From: Syntrophales bacterium
Lineage (GTDB): Bacteria > Desulfobacterota > Syntrophia > Syntrophales > UBA6807
NCBI GenBank assembly: GCA_040767195.1
Contig: JAXGPA010000001.1
Span: 640,001 to 704,000 of the forward strand
Direction of reading: 5' to 3'
DNA: 64,000 nucleotides
The notes under the pieces are model-generated. The model did not search any database, was not told where the DNA came from, and saw only the letters and a program-made list of their open reading frames with translations. The position numbers were made by a program, and so were the translations under genes. Shown here piece after piece: positions 20,543 to 31,067 of this stretch; the stretch's first letter is position 1; each line of letters starts with the position of its first letter.

Positions 20543-20806
20543 TCAGGATGATTCTCTCCCGGCGGCTTTCTCCCGGTAGTGGGCCAGGGCCTGATCGATG
20601 AAAAAAAGGAACAGTTCGAAATGGCCGCGGGCCGTCTCATACTGGCGGGGCGTCATGAAACGGGGAAACCCTTCATGGAAACGATCCACCAGGCTTTCGA
20701 ATTCCCTCTCCGCCTCCCGCAGAACCTCGGGATCTTCCGAGTTCGCCTTGTACTGGACGTAGAGCACAGACAGCCGAATGTCTTCGAGAACTTCACGTTC
20801 CGCCAC
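20543..20806 (-). CDS. Hypothetical protein
   Basis: 87-aa helical-looking ORF filling the gap; GTG start after AGGGGA. Confidence 0.5.
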   Translation of the reverse strand: MAEREVLEDIRLSVLYVQYKANSEDPEVLREAEREFESLVDRFHEGFPRFMTPRQYETARGHFELFLFFIDQALAHYREKAAGRESS

Positions 20807-21021
20807 GGGAATGATCGTCCCCTTTCAGCGCTGATTCTCGGGGCCCACCGATGGAACCGCCTGTCTTCCTTTACCGGATTTACCGTCTCATTGCAACGGC
20901 GACAGTGCTCCGGGCCGGATTTTCTTTCCACTTCTTGAAAAAATCCTCGTTACGGTCTATTCTGTTTCGCAAATGATCGGGCACCTGACGTGACGACTCT
21001 CTCAAGACCGGGGTGGAAAGC

Positions 21022-21357
21022 ATGCAGATCAGGCACAAGATCTGGGTTGAGGACGAAAAGGGAAAACAGATCCTGGGAGAGGGGCTCGTCCGGATCCTGG
21101 AAATGATCGAAAAGCACGGTTCCATGGTTGGTGCGGCCAAGGAACTGAAAATGTCCTATCGGGCCTGCTGGGGCAAGGTCAAGGAAATGGAGAGGCGTTT
21201 CGGAAAATCGCTCATCGAACCCCACGTCGGGGGCGGGAAAAACAGGGGAACCCTGCTGACGACGGAAGCCCGGAAGCTTCTTCGCCAGTTTCACCTTTTC
21301 CAGGAAGAAGTCGCCGAGAAAACGGAATCCCTTTTCAGGATGTATTTTCCTGACTGA
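21022..21357 (+). CDS. ModE-type winged-helix regulator (no molybdate-binding domain)
   Basis: KIWVE..G.G...LE.I...GS..AAKEL.MSYR.CW..GG...G..LT. Confidence 0.88.
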   Translation: MQIRHKIWVEDEKGKQILGEGLVRILEMIEKHGSMVGAAKELKMSYRACWGKVKEMERRFGKSLIEPHVGGGKNRGTLLTTEARKLLRQFHLFQEEVAEKTESLFRMYFPD

Positions 21358-21551
21358 TTGATCCCTTTCGGGCAAGGCCGCTTCTCACAGGCATGACAGA
21401 CAGGCACCTTCCCCGCGGTCCCGCGACCCCGGAAAGGTCCGATGAACCAGGGAAAGGGCATAAACGAAACCCTTGCAGCATCATCCACATGAGAAAAGAC
21501 CGGGCGGGCAAGGCGCCCGAATTCTGAAAAGTGCTCGGAAGGATTACCAAA

Positions 21552-22331
21552 ATGACCGGACAGGACCCCTTCGTTGAGAGGCTCTGCGAAAAGCTTGTCC
21601 CGAAAGCCGAAGGGATGGCGGTTCGCGACGTTCGAGTCGGCCTCGCCTATGTCTACGTGGAGTTGGAAGGACAAAAGGCGGGCGTCTCGGCACTCGTGAG
21701 AAGCGATCTCGACGACTCGTGCGCCGTCTATCCCCGGGCGGGGTCCCTGGCGGAACAATCGGCGGAAACGCTTCTCATGTATCTCGTCCAGGGGAAAAAC
21801 CCCGTGGAAAAGGCCGTCGGGCTGGCCGCGGCAAATGCCCTCATCGGCCCCCCTCCCTCGGGGTACGGGACGGACGCCCTGGATCTTATGGATCTCACGC
21901 CCCATGACCGGGTGGCCATGGTCGGTTTTTTTCAGCCCCTGGCCGAAAAAATCGAAGGCAGAGGCATTCCTCTGTCGATCCTTGAAAAAAACGCCCGGAG
22001 AGGTTCGGCAATCCTCGACGAAAAGGAACAAGACAAGGCCCTGGCGGAATGCACCATAGCCATCATCACCGCCACGACCCTCCTGAACGGCACCCTCGGG
22101 AACGTGCTGGACCGCCTTGGAAAGCCCCGTCACGCGGCCATCCTCGGACCCTCCACGCCGGCCTTGCCCGAAATGTTTCAGGGCACGGTGATCGACCATC
22201 TCGGCGGTTCCGTCGTCTCGGATCGTGAAAAAATACGCACCATCATCTCCCAGGGAGGAGGAACGCGGCAGATGCGGCCTTACCTCAAGTTTTTCAACCT
22301 GCAGATTGACGGCAAAGGGACGCTCCCGTGA
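21552..22331 (+). CDS. DUF364-family (DUF4213 + Rossmann-like) protein
   Basis: AVGLAAANA, VAMVGFFQP, ITATTLLNGTL, LGPSTP. Confidence 0.85.
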   Translation: MTGQDPFVERLCEKLVPKAEGMAVRDVRVGLAYVYVELEGQKAGVSALVRSDLDDSCAVYPRAGSLAEQSAETLLMYLVQGKNPVEKAVGLAAANALIGPPPSGYGTDALDLMDLTPHDRVAMVGFFQPLAEKIEGRGIPLSILEKNARRGSAILDEKEQDKALAECTIAIITATTLLNGTLGNVLDRLGKPRHAAILGPSTPALPEMFQGTVIDHLGGSVVSDREKIRTIISQGGGTRQMRPYLKFFNLQIDGKGTLP

Positions 22332-22834
22332 TTCCGCTTCTTTCCATTGTTGGAAAATCGAATACGGGCAAAACGACACTCGTTGAGAAACTCATCCCCG
22401 AACTGACGGCGCGGGGATATCGGGTGGCGACGATCAAGCACAGCCGTCACAGCTTCGACGTGGACCGGGAGGGAAAGGACAGCTGGAGGCACAGGAAGGC
22501 GGGCGCGCGAATCACCGTCCTCGCCTCCCCCCACGAAGTCGTTCTCCTGGAATCACTGGATCATGACATGACTTACGAGGAAATCGAGAACCGATATATC
22601 CGCGGAGCCGATATCATTATCGCCGAAGGCAGAAAGGGCAACCCCTATCCCAAGATCGAGGTATACCGGCCGGAGCTCCACCGGGATCTTCTCTCCGCGG
22701 GAGACGAGACGCTTCTTGCCGTCATCGCCGAGCAGCCCGTTCCGGCGGAGGTTCCTGCATTCCGCCCCGATGACGTGTCCGCCCTGGCCGACTTCCTGGA
22801 GGACCGGCTCCTTTGCCGGGGAAAACGGAAATGA
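22328..22834 (+). CDS. mobB: Molybdopterin-guanine dinucleotide biosynthesis protein B
   Basis: GKSNTGKTT, IKH..H.FD.D.EGKDSWRH..AGA, EG.K. Confidence 0.92.
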   Translation: MIPLLSIVGKSNTGKTTLVEKLIPELTARGYRVATIKHSRHSFDVDREGKDSWRHRKAGARITVLASPHEVVLLESLDHDMTYEEIENRYIRGADIIIAEGRKGNPYPKIEVYRPELHRDLLSAGDETLLAVIAEQPVPAEVPAFRPDDVSALADFLEDRLLCRGKRK

Positions 22835-23187
22835 GTGACGTCGACGCCTTAAAAATCCTCAAGTGGGTTCTTATCGTTCTCGTCGCCGGGTTCATCGGGC
22901 AGTTCGGCAAAATGCTGGCGAGCCACCTCATCGCCGAGGCCCGAAACAAACGCAGGAACAAGAAGAACCGTGAACCGGAACGGCCGTCTCCCGGAACCGA
23001 TGCCCCCCCGGCGTCCCTGGCGGAAACGGGAGACCGGGAAAAGGAAGAGCCGGTCCGGAAGGAAGACCCGTCCCTGAAAAGCGCGGATGAACGGAAGGCG
23101 GAAAGCAAGGCCCGGAAGAAGGAACTGAAGGCCGCGGCGAAGATGAAAAAAAAGGAAGCCAAGGAAAAAGAGAAGAATGATTCCTGA
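22831..23187 (+). CDS. Small membrane protein with a charged tail
   Basis: N-terminal TM helix (LKWVLIVLVAGFIGQFG), Lys/Glu-rich C-terminus, ATGA overlap. Confidence 0.65.
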   Translation: MSDVDALKILKWVLIVLVAGFIGQFGKMLASHLIAEARNKRRNKKNREPERPSPGTDAPPASLAETGDREKEEPVRKEDPSLKSADERKAESKARKKELKAAAKMKKKEAKEKEKNDS

Positions 23188-23210
23188 AGTCAACAAATGG
23201 TCGATCGGTC

Positions 23211-24590
23211 ATGGCGGCGCTCAAACCGGACCGTAAACAGGACATCATCCTCGATTCCATCACCGATGGCGTTTTCACCGTAGACCATGACTGGCGGATC
23301 ACCTCTTTCAACCGGGCGGCGGAGGAAATCACCGGCGTCACCCGGAAGGAGGCCATCGGTCAATTCTGCAAGGACGTCCTGAAGGCGGAAATCTGCGAAA
23401 AAAACTGCGTTCTCCGGGAAACCATGACGACGGGGATTCCGGCGATGAACAGAACCGTCCACATCGTGAACAACCGGGGAGAAAGAATTCCCGTGAGCAT
23501 TTCCACGGCCCTCCTGAAGGACGGGAAAGGCCGCGTCATGGGCGCCGTGGAAACCTTCCGGGACTTGAGCGCCATCGAACACCTGAGGAAAGAGATCGAA
23601 AAGCGTTATTCCTTCGAAGACATCCTGTCCAGAAACTACCGGATGCGGGAAATTTTCAGGATCCTCCCGGACATCGCCGAAAGTTCAAGCACCGTTCTCA
23701 TCGAGGGGGAAAGCGGGACGGGGAAAGAGCTCATCGCCCGGGCCATTCACAACCTGAGCCAGAGACGGAGCAGGCCTTTCATAACCGTTCACTGCGGGGC
23801 CCTGCCGGACACCCTCCTGGAATCGGAACTTTTCGGTTACAAGGCCGGGGCCTTCACGGACGCCAAAAAGGACAAGCCCGGCCGCTTCATGCTCGCTCAC
23901 GGCGGTTCCATTTTTCTCGATGAAATCGGTGACATTTCCCCGGCTCTCCAGGTCCGCCTTCTTCGGGTTCTCCAGGACAAGACATTCGAACCCCTGGGGT
24001 CGGTGGAAACGGTAAAGGCGGACGTGCGGGTCATCACCGCGACGAACCGGAACATGGACACGCTGGTCCGGGAGGGTAAATTCCGGGAGGACCTCTACTA
24101 CCGGATCAACGTCATCCGGCTTGAAGCCCCGCCGCTGCGGGAGAGGAAGGAGGACATCCCCCTTCTCATCGATTATTTCATTCGTACCTTCAACGCCGTT
24201 CAGAACAAGGAAATCTCGGGGGTCACCGATGATGCCATGGCCTGCCTCATGTCCTATGATTTCCCCGGAAATATCAGGGAACTGAAAAACATCGTCGAAC
24301 GTTCTTTTGTCCTGTGCAAATCCCCCATGATCGGCCTGGAGGAACTTCCCTCGAAAACCAGGGAGATCGCGGCGCCCGCCATCAACCCCGGAGAGGGTGT
24401 CCGAACCTTTCAGGACCTGGAGGCGTCTTTCCTCTTCGGCGTTCTCCGAAAAAACAATTGGAATCGTTCCCGAACAGCGCAGGAACTGGGAATTCACAAA
24501 AGTACACTCTTCCGGAAGATCAAGGCCCTGGGCCTGGAATTACCCCCCGGGAGGGGAAAATCGAAAGAGGGAAAAAGCTCCCGGGGGTGA
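23211..24590 (+). CDS. PAS-domain sigma54-dependent activator, OrpR-like (C-X8-C-X3-C)
   Basis: PAS with CKDVLKAEICEKNC; GESGTGKE, ESELFG..GAFTDA, FLDEIG, FREDLYYR; Fis-type HTH. Confidence 0.92.
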   Translation: MAALKPDRKQDIILDSITDGVFTVDHDWRITSFNRAAEEITGVTRKEAIGQFCKDVLKAEICEKNCVLRETMTTGIPAMNRTVHIVNNRGERIPVSISTALLKDGKGRVMGAVETFRDLSAIEHLRKEIEKRYSFEDILSRNYRMREIFRILPDIAESSSTVLIEGESGTGKELIARAIHNLSQRRSRPFITVHCGALPDTLLESELFGYKAGAFTDAKKDKPGRFMLAHGGSIFLDEIGDISPALQVRLLRVLQDKTFEPLGSVETVKADVRVITATNRNMDTLVREGKFREDLYYRINVIRLEAPPLRERKEDIPLLIDYFIRTFNAVQNKEISGVTDDAMACLMSYDFPGNIRELKNIVERSFVLCKSPMIGLEELPSKTREIAAPAINPGEGVRTFQDLEASFLFGVLRKNNWNRSRTAQELGIHKSTLFRKIKALGLELPPGRGKSKEGKSSRG

Positions 24591-24617
24591 AGGGGTTTTT
24601 TAAAGCTCCGCCCTTCG

Positions 24618-25712
24618 TCATTCAGACATGGAACCGATTTTCACCCGCCACCCGAAAGGATCCTCTTTCTCCCCGTACTGGATCTGCAGGATTTCTTCAT
24701 AGAGCCGCCGGGTGAGGTCGCCCGTTTGCCCGCCGTTGATGAGATACTCCTTCCCCTTGTAGTGAAGATGTCCCACGGGGGAAACGATGGCCGCCGTTCC
24801 CGACGCGAAAGCGTCTTTCAACCGGCCCTTTTCATTGGCCTCGAGAATCTCGTCAATGGAAAGAGGTCTCTCCTCCACGGGGATTCCCCAGCGTTTCGCC
24901 AGCGTGATCACCGAATCCCGGGTCACTCCGGGCAGGATGGTGCCGGTGAGATTCGGGGTGATGAGGGTATCCCCGATTTGGAAAAAGATGTTGCTTGTCC
25001 CGACTTCCTCCACGTTTTTCATTTCCACGGCGTCAAGCCACAGGACCTGGGTGTACCCCATGGCCTGGGCTTTTTGACTGGCGAACAGGCTCGCCGCGTA
25101 ATTGCCCGCCGCCTTGCAGCTTCCAATGCCCCCCCGGACGGACCGCACGTATTCCTCGCTCACATAGATTTTTGTCGGGCTGAACCCCTGGGGGTAGTAG
25201 GCTCCCACGGGGCAGAGGATGATGTAAAAGAGATATTCCGAAGAGGGATGAACCCCCAGGGCCTTCTCCGTGGCGATCATGGTCGGGCGGATGTAAAGAG
25301 AAGTCCCCGGGCTTCGGGGGACCCACTCCTTTTCCAGGAGCACCAGCTTCTTCAGGGCTTCAAGAAAAAGCTCCCCGTCCACCTCGGCCATGCACAACCG
25401 CTTTGCCGAGGCGTTCATCCTCCGGATGTTCTCGGTGGGCCGGAAAAGGTAGATGGAACCGTCCTTCCCGCGGTAGGCCTTCAATCCCTCGAAGATCTCC
25501 TGGCCGTAGTGAAAACACAGGCAGGCCGGGTCCATGACGAGGGGACGGTAGGGCTCGATGGAAGGATCATGCCAGCCCTTCTCCTCATTGTACTTCATGA
25601 TGAAGAAGTGATCGGTGAAGATTTTCCCGAAACCGAGTTTCGATTCGTCCGCCGGCCGGGGTTTGCGTTTTTCCGGTGAAACCGTTGTAACCCTGATCTC
25701 CATGGCCTTCAT
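24618..25712 (-). CDS. ilvE: Branched-chain amino acid aminotransferase
   Basis: FHYGQEIFEGLKAY, LYIRP, KAAGNY, EEVGTSNIF, ILPGVTR, SGTAA. Confidence 0.95.
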   Translation of the reverse strand: MKAMEIRVTTVSPEKRKPRPADESKLGFGKIFTDHFFIMKYNEEKGWHDPSIEPYRPLVMDPACLCFHYGQEIFEGLKAYRGKDGSIYLFRPTENIRRMNASAKRLCMAEVDGELFLEALKKLVLLEKEWVPRSPGTSLYIRPTMIATEKALGVHPSSEYLFYIILCPVGAYYPQGFSPTKIYVSEEYVRSVRGGIGSCKAAGNYAASLFASQKAQAMGYTQVLWLDAVEMKNVEEVGTSNIFFQIGDTLITPNLTGTILPGVTRDSVITLAKRWGIPVEERPLSIDEILEANEKGRLKDAFASGTAAIVSPVGHLHYKGKEYLINGGQTGDLTRRLYEEILQIQYGEKEDPFGWRVKIGSMSE

Positions 25713-25730
25713 CCCCTCCTTGCTTGGTTG

Positions 25731-26615
25731 TCAGTTGCCCCTGAACTGGAGCAGGCTGTTCCTGTCGATTTCAGAGATCTCCAGTCCCGCCATGGCATCT
25801 CCCAGGGCCTGGGAAACTTTCGCCAGGATCTCCGGATTCTCGAAATGGGTGACAGACTGGACAATGGCGTGGGCCCGCTTCGCCGGCTCCGCCGACTTGA
25901 AAATCCCCGAACCGACGAAGACGCCGTCGGCGCCGAGCTGCATCATCATGGCCGCGTCGGCGGGTGTCGCGATCCCGCCTGCCGAAAAATTCACCACCGG
26001 GAGTTTCTTCTCCCGGGCCACCCGTCGCACCAGTTCAAAGGGCGCCCCGAGGTTTTTAGCCTCCGTCATGAGTTCTTCTTCCGGAAGGGCCGCGAGACGG
26101 GCTATCCCGTCGCTGATGGCCCGCATGTGCCGTACCGCCTCCACGACGTTCCCCGTACCCGCTTCCCCCTTGGTCCGGATCATGGCGGCCCCTTCACCGA
26201 TTCTCCTGAGAGCCTCTCCCAGGTCGGTGGCACCGCACACGAAGGGAACCTTGAACTTCCACTTGTTGATGTGATATTTTTCGTCCGCCGGTGTCAGGAC
26301 TTCGCTTTCGTCGACGAAATCGACCCCGAGGAATTCCAGGATCTGTGCCTCCACGAAATGACCGATGCGGACCTTGGCCATTACGGGAATCGAAACCGTT
26401 TCCATGATCTTTTCAATGATCGCCGGGTCCGTCATCCGGGCGACGCCGCCCTGGGCCCGGATATCCGCGGGCACCCTCTCCAGGGCCATGACCGCCACGG
26501 CACCGGCCTCTTCGGCTATTTTGGCCTGCTCGGGGGACGTCACGTCCATGATGACGCCTCCCTTCAGCATTTCCGCAAGTCCCGCTTTTACCGGGAATGT
26601 CCCAAACTTCTCCAC
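25731..26615 (-). CDS. pdxS: Pyridoxal 5'-phosphate synthase lyase subunit
   Basis: [40 protein letters not shown]. Confidence 0.97.
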   Translation of the reverse strand: MEKFGTFPVKAGLAEMLKGGVIMDVTSPEQAKIAEEAGAVAVMALERVPADIRAQGGVARMTDPAIIEKIMETVSIPVMAKVRIGHFVEAQILEFLGVDFVDESEVLTPADEKYHINKWKFKVPFVCGATDLGEALRRIGEGAAMIRTKGEAGTGNVVEAVRHMRAISDGIARLAALPEEELMTEAKNLGAPFELVRRVAREKKLPVVNFSAGGIATPADAAMMMQLGADGVFVGSGIFKSAEPAKRAHAIVQSVTHFENPEILAKVSQALGDAMAGLEISEIDRNSLLQFRGN

Positions 26616-26676
26616 TTTCTAATACCTCCTGATTCAAACAACCTTTTACATCGAAACGTAATTACGAATGATAGCA

Positions 26677-28206
26677 CTAAACAACGCTTCTATCAAGGCT
26701 TCTGTACTGAACGGCCTCTGAAACATGATGGGGTCGGATAGCCGGCTCTCCATCGAGGTCCGCGATCGTCCGGGCCACCTTGAGAATCCGTGAAAAGGCC
26801 CGGGCGCTGAGGCCGAGCTTTTCGAAAGCCATGTCGATGAAACGGTGGGATTCGACGTCAAGTACGCAGTGTCGGCGTATATCCTCGCCGGACATTCGGG
26901 CATTCAGGCCGCCGGCCCGACCGTTGAGGCGTTTTTCCTGGAGAATCCTTGCTATCATCACGCGCTCCCGGATCACCGCCGATGATTCCCCTTCCCGGCT
27001 GCCCCTGAGTTCCCTGAACCGCACCGGCGGAACCTCCACGTGAAGATCGATGCGGTCCAGGAGGGGTCCTGAAATCCGGGACCGGTAATTCCGGACCTGG
27101 AGGGCCGAACAGGAACAGGGCCGATGGCTGTCGCCGAAATGGCCGCAGGGGCAGGGGTTCATGGCCGCGACCAGCATGAACGCCGCGGGATAGGTCACCG
27201 ACGCGGCGGACCGGCTGATGATGATCACGCCGTCTTCCAGGGGCTGCCTGAGGGCCTCGAGAACGTTTCTCCGGAACTCGGGAAGCTCGTCCAGGAAAAG
27301 AACCCCCCGGTGGGCGAGGCTGATCTCCCCGGGCCGGGGATGGTGCCCTCCCCCGACCAGGCCGGCGTCGGAGATCGTGTGGTGGGGATGCCGGAAAGGC
27401 CGGAGGCGGACCAGGGGGTTTTTCCGGTCCAATCCTCCCGCAACGGAGTATATTTTAGCTATTTCAATAGCTTCAGAAGTCGACAGGGGGGGAAGAATGG
27501 TGGGGCATCTCTGGGCGAGCATGGTTTTCCCCGACCCGGGAGGACCGATGAAGAGGACATGATGACCTCCCGCCGCTGCGACCTCCAGGGCCCTCTTGGC
27601 CTGTTCCTGACCCCGGACTTCCCTGAAATCAAGTGTCGTTCCAGGATTTTCCGGCGAAAACGTCTCGGGAGAAAGGGAAAGAGGGGTCGCTTCGCTTCGG
27701 CCGTTGAGAAATTCCACCACCTGGGACAGCGTATTCACGGAAAAAACGGAAACGACACCGGCCGCCGCCGCCTCCGGGCCGTTCTCGCCGGGAACGATGA
27801 TTCCCTCAAGGCCCCTGTCCTTTGCCGCCAGCGCGGCGGGAAGAACCCCGGAAACCCCCTTCACCCGGCCGTCCAGAGAGAGTTCGCCGAGGATCATGAA
27901 TCGACCGAGCCCGGCACTGTCCACCATCCCTCCCGCTGACAGGACGGCCACGGCAATGGGCAGATCGAAGGAGGTGCCCTCCTTCTTCACATCCGCCGGT
28001 GCCAGGTTCACCGTCACCCGGCCTTCGGGCAGGGAATACCCCGAATTGCGGATGGCGGAACGGATCCGGTCCTTGCTTTCCCGTATGGCCGTATCGGGCA
28101 GCCCGACGGTGGAAAAACAGGGAAGACCCCGGGAAACGTCCACCTCCACGTCCACGGGAATGGCGTCGATGCCGATGACGGCGCTGCTGATGGCCCTGAC
28201 TATCAA
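26677..28206 (-). CDS. comM: YifB/ComM Mg-chelatase-like AAA+ ATPase
   Basis: [48 protein letters not shown]. Confidence 0.93.
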   Translation of the reverse strand: MIVRAISSAVIGIDAIPVDVEVDVSRGLPCFSTVGLPDTAIRESKDRIRSAIRNSGYSLPEGRVTVNLAPADVKKEGTSFDLPIAVAVLSAGGMVDSAGLGRFMILGELSLDGRVKGVSGVLPAALAAKDRGLEGIIVPGENGPEAAAAGVVSVFSVNTLSQVVEFLNGRSEATPLSLSPETFSPENPGTTLDFREVRGQEQAKRALEVAAAGGHHVLFIGPPGSGKTMLAQRCPTILPPLSTSEAIEIAKIYSVAGGLDRKNPLVRLRPFRHPHHTISDAGLVGGGHHPRPGEISLAHRGVLFLDELPEFRRNVLEALRQPLEDGVIIISRSAASVTYPAAFMLVAAMNPCPCGHFGDSHRPCSCSALQVRNYRSRISGPLLDRIDLHVEVPPVRFRELRGSREGESSAVIRERVMIARILQEKRLNGRAGGLNARMSGEDIRRHCVLDVESHRFIDMAFEKLGLSARAFSRILKVARTIADLDGEPAIRPHHVSEAVQYRSLDRSVV

Positions 28207-28596
28207 AGAACCCCCCTGAAAACCGTGTTTTCATGGTCGACAGCTTCGCGAAAGGCCCCTGCGATTCGGCCCCTTTCGTCTTTGAGCGTTGCGGCCCGAC
28301 GCCGGGTCCGTCTCTTTTCCCGGGCTCGGAACACCTTTTCTCCAGGGTTTTTTGCGGAGCCTTCAGAAACGGTGTTTTTTTAATTCTACGCGTTTTCGTC
28401 ACGAAGAACGGAATCAATCGGAGTATCGGGAATTTCCCTTTTTTTGGCAAGTTTTTTTCTTATGACTTTTTCTCTTTACACCATCTTTTTTTTCCGGTTA
28501 TGGTGAGTCCAGGCTGTCCGGGAAATCATCCCTCCGGGATTCGGAAAGATGGGGGATGGGAAAGACGGCACGACCGACGGGAAGGGGTGTTTTTTC

Positions 28597-29418
28597 ATGA
28601 TCGGATTTTTCGACTCCGGATTCGGGGGACTGACGGTCCTGAAAAGCGTGGCCGGTCTCCTGCCGGGATACGATTACCTCTACCTGGGAGATAACGCCCG
28701 GGTCCCCTATGGCAGCCGGTCTCAAAAAATCGTCTACGAATTCACCCGGCAGGCCGTCAATTATCTTTTCCACCGGGGGTGCCCGCTCATCATCATTGCC
28801 TGCAACACCGCTTCGGCCCGTGCTCTTCGCCGGATCCAGCAGGAGTTCCTTCCCGAGGCCTTCCCGGAGCGGCGGGTCCTGGGGGTCATCCGGCCGTCGG
28901 CGGAAGAAATCACCGAGAAAGGTTACCGCCGCGTGGGAATCCTCGCCACGGAGGGTGTGGTGAACTCGAAAATCTACATCGAGGAAATCAGGGACCTCGA
29001 TCCGGCCATCCAGGTCCACCAGGAGCCCTGCCCCCTTCTTGTCCCCATCATCGAAGCAGGGGAGCGGGACTGGGAGGGCACGGATCTCATTGTGAGAAAA
29101 TATATCGAAGGCCTTTTCTCCCAGGACAGAGACATCGAAGCGGTTCTCCTGGGGTGTACCCACTATCCCATCCTCCACGACCACATCCAGCGGGCGGTTC
29201 CCCCTGGGGTGTCCGTTCTCGATCAGGGCCCCATCGTCGCCCGAAAACTCAAGGACTACCTTCACCGTCACCCTGAAATCGACGAAAAACTCTCCCGGAA
29301 AGGCCTGCGATCCTTTCTCACCACGGACCAGTCCGACAGGTTCGACGATATGGCCCGGATCTTTTATGGGGAAACGATTCGTGCCGATTTCGTCTCCCTC
29401 GAATCCCTCTGCTTCTGA
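28597..29418 (+). CDS. murI: Glutamate racemase
   Basis: IGFFDSGFGGLTV, PYG, ACNTAS, LGCTHYP. Confidence 0.96.
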   Translation: MIGFFDSGFGGLTVLKSVAGLLPGYDYLYLGDNARVPYGSRSQKIVYEFTRQAVNYLFHRGCPLIIIACNTASARALRRIQQEFLPEAFPERRVLGVIRPSAEEITEKGYRRVGILATEGVVNSKIYIEEIRDLDPAIQVHQEPCPLLVPIIEAGERDWEGTDLIVRKYIEGLFSQDRDIEAVLLGCTHYPILHDHIQRAVPPGVSVLDQGPIVARKLKDYLHRHPEIDEKLSRKGLRSFLTTDQSDRFDDMARIFYGETIRADFVSLESLCF

Positions 29419-29547
29419 AGGGTCTGATTTTTGCGACCTTGACGGGTTTTGGTTTTCTGTGTTAATCGAATCCTCACGGCTTACCGAAAAGACCGCAGGC
29501 CGTGTTACCCCTCATCACCAAAGAGAATCCTGGAACGGGCGGAGAAG

Positions 29548-30027
29548 ATGGAATTCACCCATATCGATAGCACCGGGGACCCGAGAATGGTCGATGTGAC
29601 CGCCAAGGAGCCTTCTCACCGGGAAGCCGTAGCCCGGGGCCGGGTGATCATGAAGACTGAAACGGTCCGGGCCATCGAGGAAAAAAACATGGCCAAGGGC
29701 GATGTTCTCGCCGCGGCGAAAATCGCCGGCGTCATGGGCGCAAAGCGAACCCACGATCTCATTCCTCTGTGTCATCCCCTCGAAATAACCGGCGTCGATC
29801 TCCGGTTTCATGCCCGGCCCGAAAAAGGAGAAATTGAAATCGAGGCGACCGTCAGAACGGTGGGGCGGACGGGCGTGGAAATGGAAGCCCTCACCGCCGT
29901 CGCCATCGCCGCCCTCACCATTTACGACATGTGCAAATCGGCGGACCGGGAAATCATCCTCTCGGGCATCCGCCTCATGGAAAAAAGGGGCGGCAAAAGC
30001 GGAACCTTTGTTCGGGAAGGGGAATGA
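29548..30027 (+). CDS. moaC: Cyclic pyranopterin monophosphate synthase
   Basis: MVDV..K, KGDVL, LIPLCHP, TGVEMEALT, YDMCK, K.GGKSG. Confidence 0.96.
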   Translation: MEFTHIDSTGDPRMVDVTAKEPSHREAVARGRVIMKTETVRAIEEKNMAKGDVLAAAKIAGVMGAKRTHDLIPLCHPLEITGVDLRFHARPEKGEIEIEATVRTVGRTGVEMEALTAVAIAALTIYDMCKSADREIILSGIRLMEKRGGKSGTFVREGE

Positions 30028-30035
30028 GGGCCTCC

Positions 30036-30557
30036 ATGACCGAAAAAATTTACCGGATCAGGAAGAGCTTTACCCTGCCGCTCCTTCTGGACACAATCCT
30101 TCTGGCCCTGCTTATCCTGATTTCCTTCTTCGTTCCCGGTCACCCGGCGGAGAAAATCGTTTTCTTTATACTTTTTCTGCCCCTGTCGTACCTGCTCCTG
30201 GAGATGCTTTCCAGGAGGACAGTCGTCCATGACGACGGGGTAGAAATGAAAAAGCTCTTGCGACGAAAGAACATCGCCTGGAACGATATCACCAACGTGG
30301 ACACGGTCATTCTAGGCAGGAAAGCCTATGTGACCCTTTCCACGAAGAAGGGGTTTTACGCCCTTTCCAACGCCCACGGTGACTTCGATAATTTGATCCG
30401 GGACATTACGGAACATACGGACGGGGAAAAGATCGAGAAGCGGGTCCATGACCTGATCGGGCGGGACATACGCCGCAGATCCGATATCCTGGGCGCCTGG
30501 ATAGCCGCCGTTCTTCTCGGACTGATCCTCTTCATAAAGATCTTTCCAGTCAATTGA
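30036..30557 (+). CDS. Membrane protein (bacterial PH-like domain)
   Basis: Two N-terminal TM helices, I.W.DI motif, C-terminal TM helix. Confidence 0.7.
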   Translation: MTEKIYRIRKSFTLPLLLDTILLALLILISFFVPGHPAEKIVFFILFLPLSYLLLEMLSRRTVVHDDGVEMKKLLRRKNIAWNDITNVDTVILGRKAYVTLSTKKGFYALSNAHGDFDNLIRDITEHTDGEKIEKRVHDLIGRDIRRRSDILGAWIAAVLLGLILFIKIFPVN

Positions 30558-30619
30558 GAGCTTTTTACCCGAGGGAGGGGAAAACCGAAGGGTAAATAAA
30601 TACCGCAGAGGGATCGGGT

Positions 30620-30928
30620 ATGAATCATCGGGGGAATCTCATCATGGCAGAAGAGTTTCAAAAGCATCCGTCTTCCGCGGACATCGCGGAGCAGGTTCTC
30701 CAGCAGCGGCTGGAAGAAATCATCACTCTTCTCTCCCTTGAAAACAACGGGAGAAACAGGATTTTCGAGGACGTCATGTCTCTCGTCGAAAAAATCCTCA
30801 TACGGAATGCCTTGAACCGCTCCAACCAGATCAAGTCGACGGCGGCCAGCTTTCTCGGAATCAACCGGAACACGCTCCACAACAAGATGGAAAAACTCGG
30901 TATCGCCATCGACAAATCATCGGTCTGA
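30620..30928 (+). CDS. Stand-alone Fis-family HTH protein
   Basis: VEK.LI..AL....Q...AA..LGINRNTL..K Fis HTH. Confidence 0.85.
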   Translation: MNHRGNLIMAEEFQKHPSSADIAEQVLQQRLEEIITLLSLENNGRNRIFEDVMSLVEKILIRNALNRSNQIKSTAASFLGINRNTLHNKMEKLGIAIDKSSV

Positions 30929-31067
30929 AAAAACTCGAAAAAAGAAATATCCCGGCAGCCCTGGAAAAAGCTCCGGTAGGGCCACGATCGGATCGCAAGG
31001 CCCTAAGGCTGAAAAACCCCGCGCCGGCGAGGCGGGGATGGCGGGCAACGTGACTTACGGGGCGCTG

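Noticed and set aside
20940..21020. ModE operator upstream of the ModE-like gene
   Set aside because: Only a CGTTA half-site; no matching TATAT/TAACG arm.
21402..21416. AGGCAC-CTTCCCC-GC as a sigma54 promoter for DUF364-mobB
   Set aside because: GG-N10-GC spacing fits, but the TTGC and the leading T are missing; too weak in GC-rich DNA.
23820..23870. GAFTDA instead of GAFTGA in the sigma54 activator
   Set aside because: A common natural variant, not evidence of inactivation.
29460..29547. Hairpin upstream of moaC as a Moco riboswitch
   Set aside because: Only one CACGGC/GCCGTG stem; it lacks the multi-stem Moco RNA features I would expect.
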